From Vicinamibacteria bacterium (GTDB lineage: Bacteria > Acidobacteriota > Vicinamibacteria > Marinacidobacterales > Marinacidobacteraceae): a DNA stretch of 64,000 nucleotides. The DNA lies in contig OZ219816.1 in NCBI GenBank assembly GCA_964291235.2, positions 640,001 through 704,000 of the forward strand, written 5' to 3'. This document shows positions 38,969 to 48,593 of the stretch, one piece after another. The translations under genes were made by a program, and so were the position numbers. How positions within the stretch are numbered: position 1 is the first letter of the stretch; each line of letters begins with the position of its first letter. The notes below the pieces were generated by a model. It saw only the letters and a list, made by a program, of their open reading frames with translations. It was not told the origin of the DNA and made no database searches.

Positions 38969-41143
38969 TTGATTGAAACGGTACAAACGCAGATCGGCAA
39001 GAACGATCTGATCATCGAAACCGGCCGTCTGGCCCGGCAGGCCGCGGGCGCGGTGACTGTCCGCCTGGGCGACACGGTGGTATTGGCCGCGGTCACGGCA
39101 TCGCGTGGCGACCGGCCGGACGTGGATTTCCTCCCGCTGGCGGTGGACTACCGCGAGAGCTTCTATGCCGCGGGTCGGATTCCGGGTGGCTTCTTCAAGC
39201 GAGAAGGCCGGCCGAACGAAAAAGAGATCCTGACCTGCCGGCTCATTGATCGTCCGCTGCGACCCCTGTTCCCGAGCAGTTGGCGTCGCGAAACGCAGGT
39301 CACCTGTCTGTTGATTTCGACCGACCGGGAAAACGATTCCGATGTCCTGGCGATCACGGGCGCGGCGGCGGCGCTTGGAATCTCCGACCTTCCCTTCGAC
39401 ACCTCCATCGGCGCGGTGCGAGTGGGCCTGGTGAACGACGAGTTCGTTCTCTGTCCGACGTTCACCGATCTGGACAGTTCCTCGCTCAATCTCGTGGTGG
39501 CCGGCACCGATGACGCCATCGTGATGGTGGAGGCGGGAGCCGAAGACGTGCCCGAGAGCAGGATGGTGGACGCCCTGCGCTTCGCGCACGAAGGGATTCG
39601 CCGCATCGTCGGCATTCAGCAGGAACTCGTAAGCCGGCTGCAGCCCACCAAGCAGGTGGTGGTTGCGAACGAGCCGGACCCCGCCCTCGCGACCGAGATA
39701 ACGGATGGGTTCCGCGACCGGCTGAAGGCTGCGATGCAAACGCAGGGCAAGATTGCGGCTTCCCGGGCCGCTCACGAGGTCAAGGCCGCCATCGCCGCCA
39801 GTCTCGAAGACCGAAGCGATGAAGAGCGTTCCGCCGCCTCGGGAGTGGTGAAGGCAATGGAGGAGGACATCCTGCGCTGCACCATCCTCGAGGAGGGCAA
39901 GCGCCTGGATGGCCGCGCCTTCGACGAGATTCGGGACCTGAGTTGCGACGTTGGGGTCCTTCCCCGGACGCACGGCTCCGCCGTCTTTACCCGCGGCGAA
40001 ACCCAGGCGCTGGTGGTCACCACCCTGGCGCCCCTGAGCGAGAGTCAGCGGCTGGACTGGGTCCACGGTTCGGGGGAAAAGCGCTTCCTCCTCCACTACA
40101 ACTTCCCCGCGTTCTCCGTGGGAGAAGCGCGCATGATGCGCGGCCCGGGCCGGCGCGAAATTGGTCATGGGGCACTCGCGGAACGAGCCCTGTTGCCGGC
40201 AATCCCGAGTGAGGAACAGTTCAACTACGCCATTCGAGTGGTGTCCGACACCCTCGAGTCGAACGGATCGAGTTCCATGGCGGCGGTGACGGGGGGGTGC
40301 CTGTCACTGATGGATGCCGGCGTGCCGCTCAAGGCTCCTATTGCCGGCATTGCGATGGGCCTCATCACCCGTGGAGACGAGTATCGGGTCCTGACCGATA
40401 TCGCCGGTGCGGAAGACCACTACGGGGACATGGACTTCAAGGTGGCTGGCACCGCCAACGGGATCACCGCGCTGCAGATGGACATCAAGATCTCCGGGCT
40501 GCGGCTCGACATCGTCAGTGACGCGCTGGAGCAGGCGCGCCGGGCGCGAATCGAGATCCTGAAGGTCATGGCAGCCGAGATTCCCGCTCCCCGGAGCGAA
40601 ACCTCGCCGTACGCACCCGCGATCCTCACCATGAAGATCCCGGTGCGAAAGATCCGCGAGGTCATTGGACCCGGCGGCAAGACGATTCGGGCGATCACCG
40701 ACGAAAGCGGAGCGCGGGTGGATGTGTCCGACGACGGAACCATCCACATCGCCGGGGTTGACGGCCAGTCCACGCAGCGGGCCAAGGAGAAGATCGAGGC
40801 CATCGCGGTGAGCCAGCTCCCTGAAGTCGGCCGCGACTATCACGGCGTCGTGAAGACGATCGTGGACTTCGGCGCCTTCGTCGAGATCCTCCCGGGGACG
40901 GACGGACTGCTGCACATTTCGGAGATTGCCGATCGCCACGTGAACAGCGTCCGGGACGAACTGCAGGAAGGCGATGAGGTCGAGGTTCGGGTCATCGAAG
41001 TGGACGGAAACGGCCGCACCCGCCTGTCCTGCAAGGACATCATCCGGGAGCGGGCCGGTCTGCCGCCGCTTCCTCCCCGTCCACCGCGCCGGCGCGGCGG
41101 CGGTGGAGGCCGGGACCGGGACCGCGGAGATCGCCGCCGGTAA
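38969..41143 (+). CDS. pnp: Polyribonucleotide nucleotidyltransferase
   Basis: ETGRLARQA.G, GRIPGGFFKREGRP, RLIDRPLRPLF, HGSAVFTRGETQ, RREIGHGALA, ESNGSSSMA, GDMDFKVAGT, KH and S1 domains. Confidence 0.97.
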   Translation: MIETVQTQIGKNDLIIETGRLARQAAGAVTVRLGDTVVLAAVTASRGDRPDVDFLPLAVDYRESFYAAGRIPGGFFKREGRPNEKEILTCRLIDRPLRPLFPSSWRRETQVTCLLISTDRENDSDVLAITGAAAALGISDLPFDTSIGAVRVGLVNDEFVLCPTFTDLDSSSLNLVVAGTDDAIVMVEAGAEDVPESRMVDALRFAHEGIRRIVGIQQELVSRLQPTKQVVVANEPDPALATEITDGFRDRLKAAMQTQGKIAASRAAHEVKAAIAASLEDRSDEERSAASGVVKAMEEDILRCTILEEGKRLDGRAFDEIRDLSCDVGVLPRTHGSAVFTRGETQALVVTTLAPLSESQRLDWVHGSGEKRFLLHYNFPAFSVGEARMMRGPGRREIGHGALAERALLPAIPSEEQFNYAIRVVSDTLESNGSSSMAAVTGGCLSLMDAGVPLKAPIAGIAMGLITRGDEYRVLTDIAGAEDHYGDMDFKVAGTANGITALQMDIKISGLRLDIVSDALEQARRARIEILKVMAAEIPAPRSETSPYAPAILTMKIPVRKIREVIGPGGKTIRAITDESGARVDVSDDGTIHIAGVDGQSTQRAKEKIEAIAVSQLPEVGRDYHGVVKTIVDFGAFVEILPGTDGLLHISEIADRHVNSVRDELQEGDEVEVRVIEVDGNGRTRLSCKDIIRERAGLPPLPPRPPRRRGGGGGRDRDRGDRRR

Positions 41144-41298
41144 CATCGAGCGGACAAGCTCTCCGCGCTTGAGCAGGCGCCGGCTTCCCGGTCGGCGCCG
41201 CTCCCCGGATCGGAGCGAAATCGGAGCGAAACCGGGGAGCGAGAGTCCGAAGCAGTTTTCCATCGCGTTTCTGCCCTCTCCCTCCGTAGAATTCGGGG

Positions 41299-42204
41299 AT
41301 GGCCGAAGCAGTTCTGAACACCTCCCTCGAGGGCGTTGCCCTCCGCTCGCGCGGCAAGGTCCGTGACATCTACGCCGTCGGCGACCAACTGCTGCTGGTA
41401 ACTACGGATCGGGTCTCGGCCTTCGATGTGGTGTTGCCGGAGGGGATTCCCGAGAAGGGCCGAGTGCTCAACAGCCTGAGCGCCTGGTGGCTGCGGCGGA
41501 CCGAACACATCGTTCCGAACCACCTGGTCACGGACGATGTGGAGGACTACCCGCCAGTGCTGGCGCCGGCAAAGGGAATGCTGGACGGCCGCTCCATGCT
41601 GGTGAAACGGTTGAACCCGGTGCCTTTCGAGTGCGTGATGCGCGGCTTTCTCTACGGGTCGGGCTGGAAGGAGTACCAGCGGGAGGGCAGTGTGTGCGGC
41701 ATTTCGCTTCCGAGCGGGATGCAACTCGCCGAGCGCTTCCCGGAGCCCCTCTTCACCCCCGCGACGAAGGCGGAGGACGGCCACGACGAGAACGTGAGCG
41801 AGGATTTCATGGCCAATGCGCTGGGCCGGGAACTGACCACCCGCCTCCACCAGGTCTCCCGCGAGATCTATGCGAGTGGGGTGGCGTGGGCCGCCGAGCG
41901 GGGCATCATCATCGCCGACACCAAGTTCGAGTTCGGCCATGACGACGACGGGAAGCTGTACGTCATCGACGAGGTCTTGACCCCCGACTCGTCACGTTTC
42001 TGGCCCGCCGACGAATACGCTCCCGGGAAACTCCAGTCCAGCTTCGACAAGCAGTACGTCCGCGACTATCTGGAAACCGTTGACTGGAACAAGGAACCGC
42101 CGGCGCCGCACCTGCCCGACCACATCGTTCGCGGGACGACCGACCGTTTCCTCAGCGCCTATCGCCAGATCACGGGTTCTCCCCTAGCGGCTCCGCGCTA
42201 CTGA
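41299..42204 (+). CDS. purC: SAICAR synthetase
   Basis: RGKVRDIY, TDRVSAFD, ECVMRGFLYGSGW, FTPATKA, IADTKFEFG, DEVLTPDSSRFW, SFDKQYVRD. Confidence 0.96.
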   Translation: MAEAVLNTSLEGVALRSRGKVRDIYAVGDQLLLVTTDRVSAFDVVLPEGIPEKGRVLNSLSAWWLRRTEHIVPNHLVTDDVEDYPPVLAPAKGMLDGRSMLVKRLNPVPFECVMRGFLYGSGWKEYQREGSVCGISLPSGMQLAERFPEPLFTPATKAEDGHDENVSEDFMANALGRELTTRLHQVSREIYASGVAWAAERGIIIADTKFEFGHDDDGKLYVIDEVLTPDSSRFWPADEYAPGKLQSSFDKQYVRDYLETVDWNKEPPAPHLPDHIVRGTTDRFLSAYRQITGSPLAAPRY

Positions 42205-42246
42205 CGGTCCGCGCGGGGGCGGCCGCGCCGCGGGAAGCACCCCGCA

Positions 42247-43167
42247 TCAGTTCCGGCCGGCGAACCGGACCCGGACCGAACCATCACCCGTCCGTAGGTG
42301 GATGCGAGGTCCTGACCCATCACCGAGGGTGGCCAGAGCCATCGGTCCCTCCGCCCGCCAGTCGGGGAAATCGCGGCTATCGTCCGCATTCGGCCGTCCC
42401 ACGGCGGTCATCACGGCGTCGGTGCCGCGGGGCACCGTGAGTCGTACCGACCCGCTCCCGGTCCGCAGGAACCACTCGCCGGCCAGCGGCGGTCCACCTT
42501 CCCGGACGTCGATTTCAATGCGTCCGTCGGCCGTCACCGCGGTGACCTGCTGCAGTCGCCCCTCAAGCCGGATGGCCCCGTCCCCGCTCTCCACCCGGAA
42601 GCGTCCCTCAAGGTCCTTCCCCTCGATCCTGCCGTCGGCGGCGCGCAAACGGATCGGTTCCCGCGTCCTTCCCATCGGCGACCTGAGATCGCTCGCGACG
42701 ATGCGGCCGGAGGCGGATGTTGCCCGGGTGGGGCCGGTAAGGCCTTCCAGTTCGATCCTCCCCGAACCGGTGCGGGCATCGACTGCCGTGCCTGCCGGGA
42801 CGGCGATCCTCAAGCTGAGCGAGAGTTCCTCCCACGGCCGAAAGGCACCGGCCGTGGCGCTGCGACCGGTGATTGTCAGCGCGCCCGAATCCGGGTCGCG
42901 CTCGAAGTCGACGAGAAGGGCTTCGAGCGCCGTCCGGGCGGCCTCCCACGAAGGCGCCTGGGCAACTCGGTGGATCTCGACTTCGATGTCGGCGCCGAGA
43001 TGTTCCCGGACACTCAGGGAACCCCGATCGATGCGGATCGCGAGTTCGGAAGCGCTGGGGCGACGGATCGTCTCCACGGAGGTCTGATCAACGCCGGGAG
43101 TGCAGCCCAGGGAGAAAACGCCCGGCAGAACGAGGACCGCGCGCAGAACCCGAACGCGACGCCTCAC
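42247..43167 (-). CDS. DUF4097 beta-strand-repeat putative lipoprotein
   Basis: GTG start overlapping the upstream TGA, signal peptide ending VFSLGC, repeated (T/S)xxGxI units, C-terminal IHLRTGDGSVRV. Confidence 0.7.
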   Translation of the reverse strand: MRRRVRVLRAVLVLPGVFSLGCTPGVDQTSVETIRRPSASELAIRIDRGSLSVREHLGADIEVEIHRVAQAPSWEAARTALEALLVDFERDPDSGALTITGRSATAGAFRPWEELSLSLRIAVPAGTAVDARTGSGRIELEGLTGPTRATSASGRIVASDLRSPMGRTREPIRLRAADGRIEGKDLEGRFRVESGDGAIRLEGRLQQVTAVTADGRIEIDVREGGPPLAGEWFLRTGSGSVRLTVPRGTDAVMTAVGRPNADDSRDFPDWRAEGPMALATLGDGSGPRIHLRTGDGSVRVRFAGRN

Positions 43168-44876
43168 CGATTCTCTCCCGCGGGCGGGCGCGCCTGCACC
43201 ACGATGTCGCCTTGGCGCGTCGAAATCGTCACCCCTTCGGCGCCGGAACCCGTGAGGCCGTTCCACCGGGATGAGCCGTCCGTCGCGACTTCCTCCAGAG
43301 GGAAGTCGCTCACCAACGCACCGCTGGCCGTCCGGGCCGACAGGGCGAAGGATCCCGCCGAAGGGAGCGTCAGCCGGACGTCTCCCCGCTCGGTGGTGAG
43401 CGCAACCTCTCCACCGAGGGAGCCGGTTGCGACGTCCACCCTGGCATCTCCACCCGTTACCGTCAGGCTGTCTCCGAACCCGCGGACGGTGATTGCGCCG
43501 GCCTCTCCCGTGAAGTCGGCCGGTCCCGAGAGCAGCGCTCCTCGCACCTCGCCGCGGCCGCTGGCGACCGTCAGGGGCCCCCCCACATCCTCGACCAGGA
43601 TGGACCCGCCTTCCGCCTGGATGTCCACGCCGGATCGCGCGTTCCGCACCTCGATGCTCGCGGACTCGGCCCGGATCCGGAGCGTGCCTGCGATGGCGGT
43701 GGCGAGGACGCTTCCGAAGTCGGACCGCACTACCGCGGGCCCTTCGATCCGCGCCAGGCCAACGGGTGAGATGCGGGTCTCGATTTCGATCGGCCCGGAG
43801 GAATCGGAGACCTCCACCGGCGCGTTCCGGCTCAACACGTTGACCGAGGAGCCGGCCTCCGAGATCCACACCGGAGCGCCCTCCGATTCGACCCTGATCG
43901 CTCCGTCCACCGATTCGGCTTCAATGACGGTCCGCCGCCCGCGGATGTGCAGCGCGCCGCCGATCCCGGATGCCCGGATGGCGCCGTCCCTGGCGGTCAG
44001 CGAGACGGCGCCCCTCGGTCCGCGGACCTCGACGAGACCGTCGCTCGTTCGGACTTCGGCGCCCGCGAACGGGCCCCGGATCTGGACGGAGCCCTCTCCG
44101 CTGGTTGCCACGACATGGACGCCGGGCGGAAGCGTCAGGAACAGTTCGAGCGCCACTTCGCTAGCGCCCGCGTCGTCCACCCGGATCCTGAAGCCGGTTT
44201 CGCCGTCCATGGGCTCGGTGACCAGTCGCACGGCGGCCGCCCGGTCCGCTGCCTGCTCCCGGTCGGCCGCCCAGACGTGTTTCGCGAGCCGGATCCGGCC
44301 CTCGGGCCCGGACCTCGCGATGGCTGTACGCGCCGCTACCGGCGGTATCGCGGGGGCGCCGGACGCGGCGGCCGCCGGAACAACCGTCAGGGCGTCCACC
44401 TGGATGTTGCCCGCGGGAAGTGAGATCGAGATGTCCGTCCCGTCCCCGGCGGGAAGCGAGATGGTTCGCTCTTCATCGAACCGGTGCCGGGAATGCTGGC
44501 CGGACCCGTGTTCCAGCAGGCGGCCGATCTCCAGAAGCCGGAACTCGAGGCCCTGACTTTCGATAGCCCGCTGGGCGAGCGTGAAGAGGGTGCCGCCGAG
44601 GATCAGCAGCAGGAGGAGGACCACCTCTCCGAAACCGAAGCGGGCCCGGCCGGTCCGGATTCGGGTAACGACCTTGGAAGCTCCCCAGACGACCAGCAGG
44701 AGCGGCCACCAGACTGCCGCCAGGGGCAGGACGCTCAGGAGCAGGCGGGCGACCGGGGTTCCCGAAAGGTTCGCCCACAGGAAGAACCCGCCGGTGACGA
44801 GGAGGCCGATGCCGAATGCGGTCGCGCAACCGCTGCCGGACGGCGGGGTGTTTTTCGCCGCCGAGGACTCCGTCAT
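43164..44876 (-). CDS. Membrane-anchored DUF4097 beta-strand-repeat protein with a LiaF/DUF5668-like N-terminal TM region
   Basis: N-terminal TMs with WWPLLLVVWG, many repeats such as VRTSDGLVEV and LTARDGAIRA, C-terminal ISTRQGDIVV. Confidence 0.75.
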   Translation of the reverse strand: MTESSAAKNTPPSGSGCATAFGIGLLVTGGFFLWANLSGTPVARLLLSVLPLAAVWWPLLLVVWGASKVVTRIRTGRARFGFGEVVLLLLLILGGTLFTLAQRAIESQGLEFRLLEIGRLLEHGSGQHSRHRFDEERTISLPAGDGTDISISLPAGNIQVDALTVVPAAAASGAPAIPPVAARTAIARSGPEGRIRLAKHVWAADREQAADRAAAVRLVTEPMDGETGFRIRVDDAGASEVALELFLTLPPGVHVVATSGEGSVQIRGPFAGAEVRTSDGLVEVRGPRGAVSLTARDGAIRASGIGGALHIRGRRTVIEAESVDGAIRVESEGAPVWISEAGSSVNVLSRNAPVEVSDSSGPIEIETRISPVGLARIEGPAVVRSDFGSVLATAIAGTLRIRAESASIEVRNARSGVDIQAEGGSILVEDVGGPLTVASGRGEVRGALLSGPADFTGEAGAITVRGFGDSLTVTGGDARVDVATGSLGGEVALTTERGDVRLTLPSAGSFALSARTASGALVSDFPLEEVATDGSSRWNGLTGSGAEGVTISTRQGDIVVQARPPAGENR

Positions 44877-45076
44877 GCAGGAGGCGGCGGCGGGCCGGTC
44901 GCGGGCCCCGAACCGGCGCCGCGGTTCTGCATGAGCATCCGGGCGCCGACCGCGATCAGGATGAGCGGCCAGAAGCGGAAGAAATCGCCGATATCAACGA
45001 GGTCGAGGTTCGACAGCAAGAAGGCGATCCCGACCAGGATCAGGATGATTCCGGCCCAGTTGTCGTTCTTCTTCAT
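44873..45076 (-). CDS. Small LiaI/LiaF-like (DUF5668) membrane protein
   Basis: GIILILVGIAFLLSNL...FWPLILIAVG. Overlapping stop/start with the downstream gene. Confidence 0.75.
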   Translation of the reverse strand: MKKNDNWAGIILILVGIAFLLSNLDLVDIGDFFRFWPLILIAVGARMLMQNRGAGSGPATGPPPPPA

Positions 45077-45079
45077 GAC

Positions 45080-45616
45080 CTACTTCTCCTCGCTGTCCGC
45101 CGGCGCCGAAGGTGCGGTGTCCGGGGAGTCGGGTTGGGGAGCCGGCACATCGGCCAGCGGCGCCGCCCCGGGCGGTGCGGTGGCGTCCGGCGCCGCTTCC
45201 GACCCGGCGGCCGAAGCAGCGAGCGAACCGGGAATCAGCGGACGGCCGCGGAAGACCTGCAACCCGATCCACACGAGGATCAGGGGCCAGAATCTGAGCA
45301 CCCATTCGAGTTCGGAAATCCGGGCGAGAATCGCGACGGCGCCGGCGCCCATCAGCCCGATCGCCCAATGTCGATCGAGAGCGATCGACGCCGGTCGTCC
45401 TTCCGCCCGCGCCCGCACGATTTCTTCGGTCGTCCGGATCGCGTTCACGATCCCGAAGATCCATATCGCCAGCGCGAGAGGGACGAGTTCGTCCTGGAAC
45501 ACGGCGACAAACGCCGCGGCGAGCGCCAGCCCGCGGGCGGTAGCTCCCGCATAGAGGTGGCCAAGGCCAGGGAGCGGTACGGAGAGGACGCCGGCGAGTC
45601 CCGGTGAGCGGTTCAT
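45080..45616 (-). CDS. Membrane protein (TM2/DUF5683-like plus DUF5668-like)
   Basis: SPGLAGVLS..PGLGHLYAG...RG and RFWPLILVWIG motifs, embedded in the operon. Confidence 0.7.
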   Translation of the reverse strand: MNRSPGLAGVLSVPLPGLGHLYAGATARGLALAAAFVAVFQDELVPLALAIWIFGIVNAIRTTEEIVRARAEGRPASIALDRHWAIGLMGAGAVAILARISELEWVLRFWPLILVWIGLQVFRGRPLIPGSLAASAAGSEAAPDATAPPGAAPLADVPAPQPDSPDTAPSAPADSEEK

Positions 45617-46254
45617 GGCGCGTTGCCTCCTGGTGCTGGCCCGGTGGCAGCGGGGCCAGGACTGGACACCGGCGCCGACAACAGGTCGTCACGGCGACGG
45701 GTGGCCCGCTCCAGATCGCGGAGCCGGTCGCCCCAACGGTCCATCTGGTCCTCCAGCGCGAAGGAAACCGACGCCCGGAGCACGCCCAGCTCGGCCAGCG
45801 CGCGGTCGGTGTGACGGTTTGCGGCCTCCCGCAGACTCGTGACCCCCTCCGAGGCGCGGGGCAGGGATTCGAGCGCGCCCCGGACCGGCGGCGGCTGGAA
45901 GAACAACAACATCACCGCCGCTGCCGCCGCGGCGAGCCAGGTCGGCCAGTAGTTCGTCCGCCGGACGTAGAGCGCGCGGAACCGGGGCAGGGTAGCGGCC
46001 AGAATTCGGGCGTCGAGATCGGGAGGAATCCGTTCGGAGCCGGCGGCGAAGTCAGCCAACCCGTGGCGCACCGCCCGGATCTCTCCGTAGAGTCGGGCGA
46101 GTTCGGGATCCCGCGCCAGGCGGGACCGCACCCGTTGGGCCCCGTCCTGGTCGAGTTCGCCCGCGGCCAGGGCCGAGACCAGCTCTTCGAGCCGCGCTTC
46201 GGAACGAGAATCGCTCAACGGATCAACCAACGGATCAACCAACGGATCAGTCAA
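45613..46254 (-). CDS. Transmembrane anti-sigma factor (degenerate zf-HC2)
   Basis: LEELVSALAAGELD...VRSRLARDPELARL anti-sigma-domain pattern, PPDLDARIL, one TM helix. TTGA overlap with the ECF sigma gene. Confidence 0.75.
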   Translation of the reverse strand: MTDPLVDPLVDPLSDSRSEARLEELVSALAAGELDQDGAQRVRSRLARDPELARLYGEIRAVRHGLADFAAGSERIPPDLDARILAATLPRFRALYVRRTNYWPTWLAAAAAAVMLLFFQPPPVRGALESLPRASEGVTSLREAANRHTDRALAELGVLRASVSFALEDQMDRWGDRLRDLERATRRRDDLLSAPVSSPGPAATGPAPGGNAP

Positions 46255-46895
46255 CGGGGATCTCCCCTGCCGGTTCGGGCGGCTCCGGCCTTCTTGGTTC
46301 CGGGATGCGGGGGCCCGGTCCGGACGGGTCCGGTCCGGCCCAGTTCCCGCCGCGCTCGCGCGAGCGTCTGCCGGGCCCGATGGATGCGGGACTTCACGGT
46401 TCCGAGCGGGATTCCCAATCGCTCCGCGATCTCGGGGTAGTCGCAATCCATCAAATCCCGGAGGATGAGCGGTTCCGAAAGCTCAGGCGGCAGGCGGTCC
46501 AGCAGCCGCCGCACCCTGGCGGCTTCTTCCCGCCGTTCGGCAATGGTGTCAGGTTGCCAGGAAGTTGGAACGGGAGCTTCCGGAATGTCCTCGCCGGACA
46601 GGAGGAGGGGAGTGCGCCGCCGGCGCCGGTAGGCGTCGATAGCCATGTTGGTGGCCACCTGCCGGATCCAGGCGCCCAGCGCTCCACTCGGGCGATAGCT
46701 GGGCAACACGCTCACCAGCCGCATGAAGATGTCCTGCGTGAGTTCGTCAGCGTCGTCCGGGGTTGCCGCAAAGCGATACGCAATGTGCCAGACCGGTTCC
46801 CGGAACCGGTCCACGAAGGCCCGCCACCCGTCCTCGTGACCGGAAAGGCAATGGCGGACGAGTTGCGCATCGGAGATTTGGGCCGGGGATTCCAA
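46251..46895 (-). CDS. ECF RNA polymerase sigma factor
   Basis: DADELTQDIF, WIRQVATNMAIDAYRR, LDRLPPE...LILRD...YPEIAERLGIPLGTVKSRIHRAR. Confidence 0.93.
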   Translation of the reverse strand: MESPAQISDAQLVRHCLSGHEDGWRAFVDRFREPVWHIAYRFAATPDDADELTQDIFMRLVSVLPSYRPSGALGAWIRQVATNMAIDAYRRRRRTPLLLSGEDIPEAPVPTSWQPDTIAERREEAARVRRLLDRLPPELSEPLILRDLMDCDYPEIAERLGIPLGTVKSRIHRARQTLARARRELGRTGPVRTGPPHPGTKKAGAARTGRGDPR

Positions 46896-46930
46896 TGGCG
46901 GCGCTTCGGTCTTCTCCGGCTAACCCACGA

Positions 46931-46957
46931 TAACGAAACTGTCCGGCCGCTGGTTCC
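46931..46957 (-). promoter_or_regulatory. ECF-type autoregulatory promoter
   Basis: Minus strand reads GGAACC-N16-CGTTA, about 35 nt upstream of the ECF sigma start. Confidence 0.7.
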
Positions 46958-47020
46958 CGGTTCCCCGGGCGCCCCGCTCCGCCGGCCTCGTCCGTTCCGG
47001 CGAACTCGCGGGGATCCAGG

Positions 47021-47512
47021 TCAGGAGGATTTCCGCACGGCCTTTCGTTGTTTCGCCGGCGACCGTTTCCGCAGGAGGGATCGGACCTCCTTCACGAAGT
47101 CGCGGGTATCCTGAAAATCGCGGTACACCGACGCGAAACGCACGAATGCCACATGGTCTTCGCGTTTCAGTTCTTCCATGAGGACTTCGCCGATCTCGGA
47201 GGCGGTGAGTTCCCGGTCCGGGCTCTTCGCGACCAGCGCTTCGACGCGATGGGCGATGGCTTCGATCTTCTCTTCGGCGATGCGCGTTCCACATGCCTTC
47301 TTGAGACCCGAAAGCACCTTGTCACGGCTGAATACCTCGCGGTCACCGTTCTTTTTGACCACCATGCACGGGATTTCTTCCACGGCCTCGTAGCTCGTGA
47401 ACCGTTTCCCGCACCGGATGCACTCGCGTCGCCGGCGAATGATTTCTCCCTCCCGGCTTTCCCGGGAATCCACGACCCGGTCTTCCGGATTCCCGCAATA
47501 GGGACACTTCAC
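47021..47512 (-). CDS. nrdR: Transcriptional repressor NrdR
   Basis: MKCPYC...VVDSR...IRRRRECIRCGKRFTSYE zinc ribbon, ATP cone, VAFVRFASVYRDF. Confidence 0.97.
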   Translation of the reverse strand: MKCPYCGNPEDRVVDSRESREGEIIRRRRECIRCGKRFTSYEAVEEIPCMVVKKNGDREVFSRDKVLSGLKKACGTRIAEEKIEAIAHRVEALVAKSPDRELTASEIGEVLMEELKREDHVAFVRFASVYRDFQDTRDFVKEVRSLLRKRSPAKQRKAVRKSS

Positions 47513-48435
47513 TTCGGTTGCTCCACGGCGTGGGCAGCGTACACCCCCTCGATCGTGCGAGCCGGTTCTCGGAGGGCGAGTTCCATTTCCATTCCGGCCC
47601 AGGTTGCCGCGCTCGGGACCAGCCCGACGATTTCAGAGTGAACGACGCCGGTTCCGGCGGCTCCGGCCTCCTTGAGAACCCGCTGAAACGCATCCCCAAG
47701 CGAGGTCTGCCGCCAGTCGAGCAGGTTCATCGACACCTGCGCGAGCACCCGCCGCCGCACGGGATCCCGCTGCCGCACCCCGATGGCCCGCAGGGCGGGT
47801 AACCCGCCGCCACTCGTCCGCATGCGTCCGGCGATGGCCCGCGCGGTTGCCACCTCCTCGGTGTCGAGGTTCACGTTGAAGGCGATGAGCGGCAGGCGCG
47901 CTCCCACGCATACCCCCCCGGCGGCCGGGTGAAGGGCCTGCGGTCCGTAGTCGGTGCGAACCTCTCCGTTGGCCAGGCGGTTCGCGAGACCGCGAACTCC
48001 GCCGCGTCGGATCCGGGGCAGGGGACGCCGGTTCGGGTCGGCTTCCCCGTAGAGGAACACGGGGACCGATTCCGCCTTGCCGATCTCCTCCGCGAGGGAA
48101 AGCGCGAGCTGCACCGCCTCCTCCATGGCGGTTTCGCCGAGAGGGACGATCGGCAACACGTCCAGCGCGCCGATGCGAGGGTGCTCGCCGTGGTGACCGC
48201 GCAGGTCAATATGCCGGGTGGCCGTCTGGAAGAGGGCGATGCAGGACGAACGCAACTCCGACGAACCCGCCGCCAGCGTGAACACCGAGCGATGGTGAGA
48301 GGGATCCGCGTGCAGATCGAGCAGGGGCCGTCCCGCGGCTGTGACCAGGCGGTCCAGCGTGTCCCGGGAGCGACCTTCGCTAAAGTTGGGGACAGCCTCG
48401 AAAAGCGCCTCTCGGGCCGGTGCGTTGTCGCCCAT
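47509..48435 (-). CDS. ftcD: Glutamate formimidoyltransferase
   Basis: EAVPNFSEGR, D.SHHRSVFT, IDLRGHHGEHPRIGALDV.P, PVFLYGE, GARLPLIAFNVNL, QVSMNL, SEIVGLVP. Confidence 0.92.
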   Translation of the reverse strand: MGDNAPAREALFEAVPNFSEGRSRDTLDRLVTAAGRPLLDLHADPSHHRSVFTLAAGSSELRSSCIALFQTATRHIDLRGHHGEHPRIGALDVLPIVPLGETAMEEAVQLALSLAEEIGKAESVPVFLYGEADPNRRPLPRIRRGGVRGLANRLANGEVRTDYGPQALHPAAGGVCVGARLPLIAFNVNLDTEEVATARAIAGRMRTSGGGLPALRAIGVRQRDPVRRRVLAQVSMNLLDWRQTSLGDAFQRVLKEAGAAGTGVVHSEIVGLVPSAATWAGMEMELALREPARTIEGVYAAHAVEQPK

Positions 48436-48593
48436 CCAGCCCTCCTCGCCGGGACCGGGTCGGGGAAATTCCCGCCTCCCCGGCCGGGCAATCGCGACGA
48501 TGGCCCAGCCGGGGCCGGCAGTATAGTTTCGCTACCATCCGCCGCTCCTGGAGCGGGGTTTTCCATGATTCGCGCTTTTCCCGGTCCCGTGCG

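Noticed and set aside
41205-41245. Short TCGGAGCGAAA duplication between pnp and purC
   Set aside because: Only two to three degenerate copies, consistent with local slippage.
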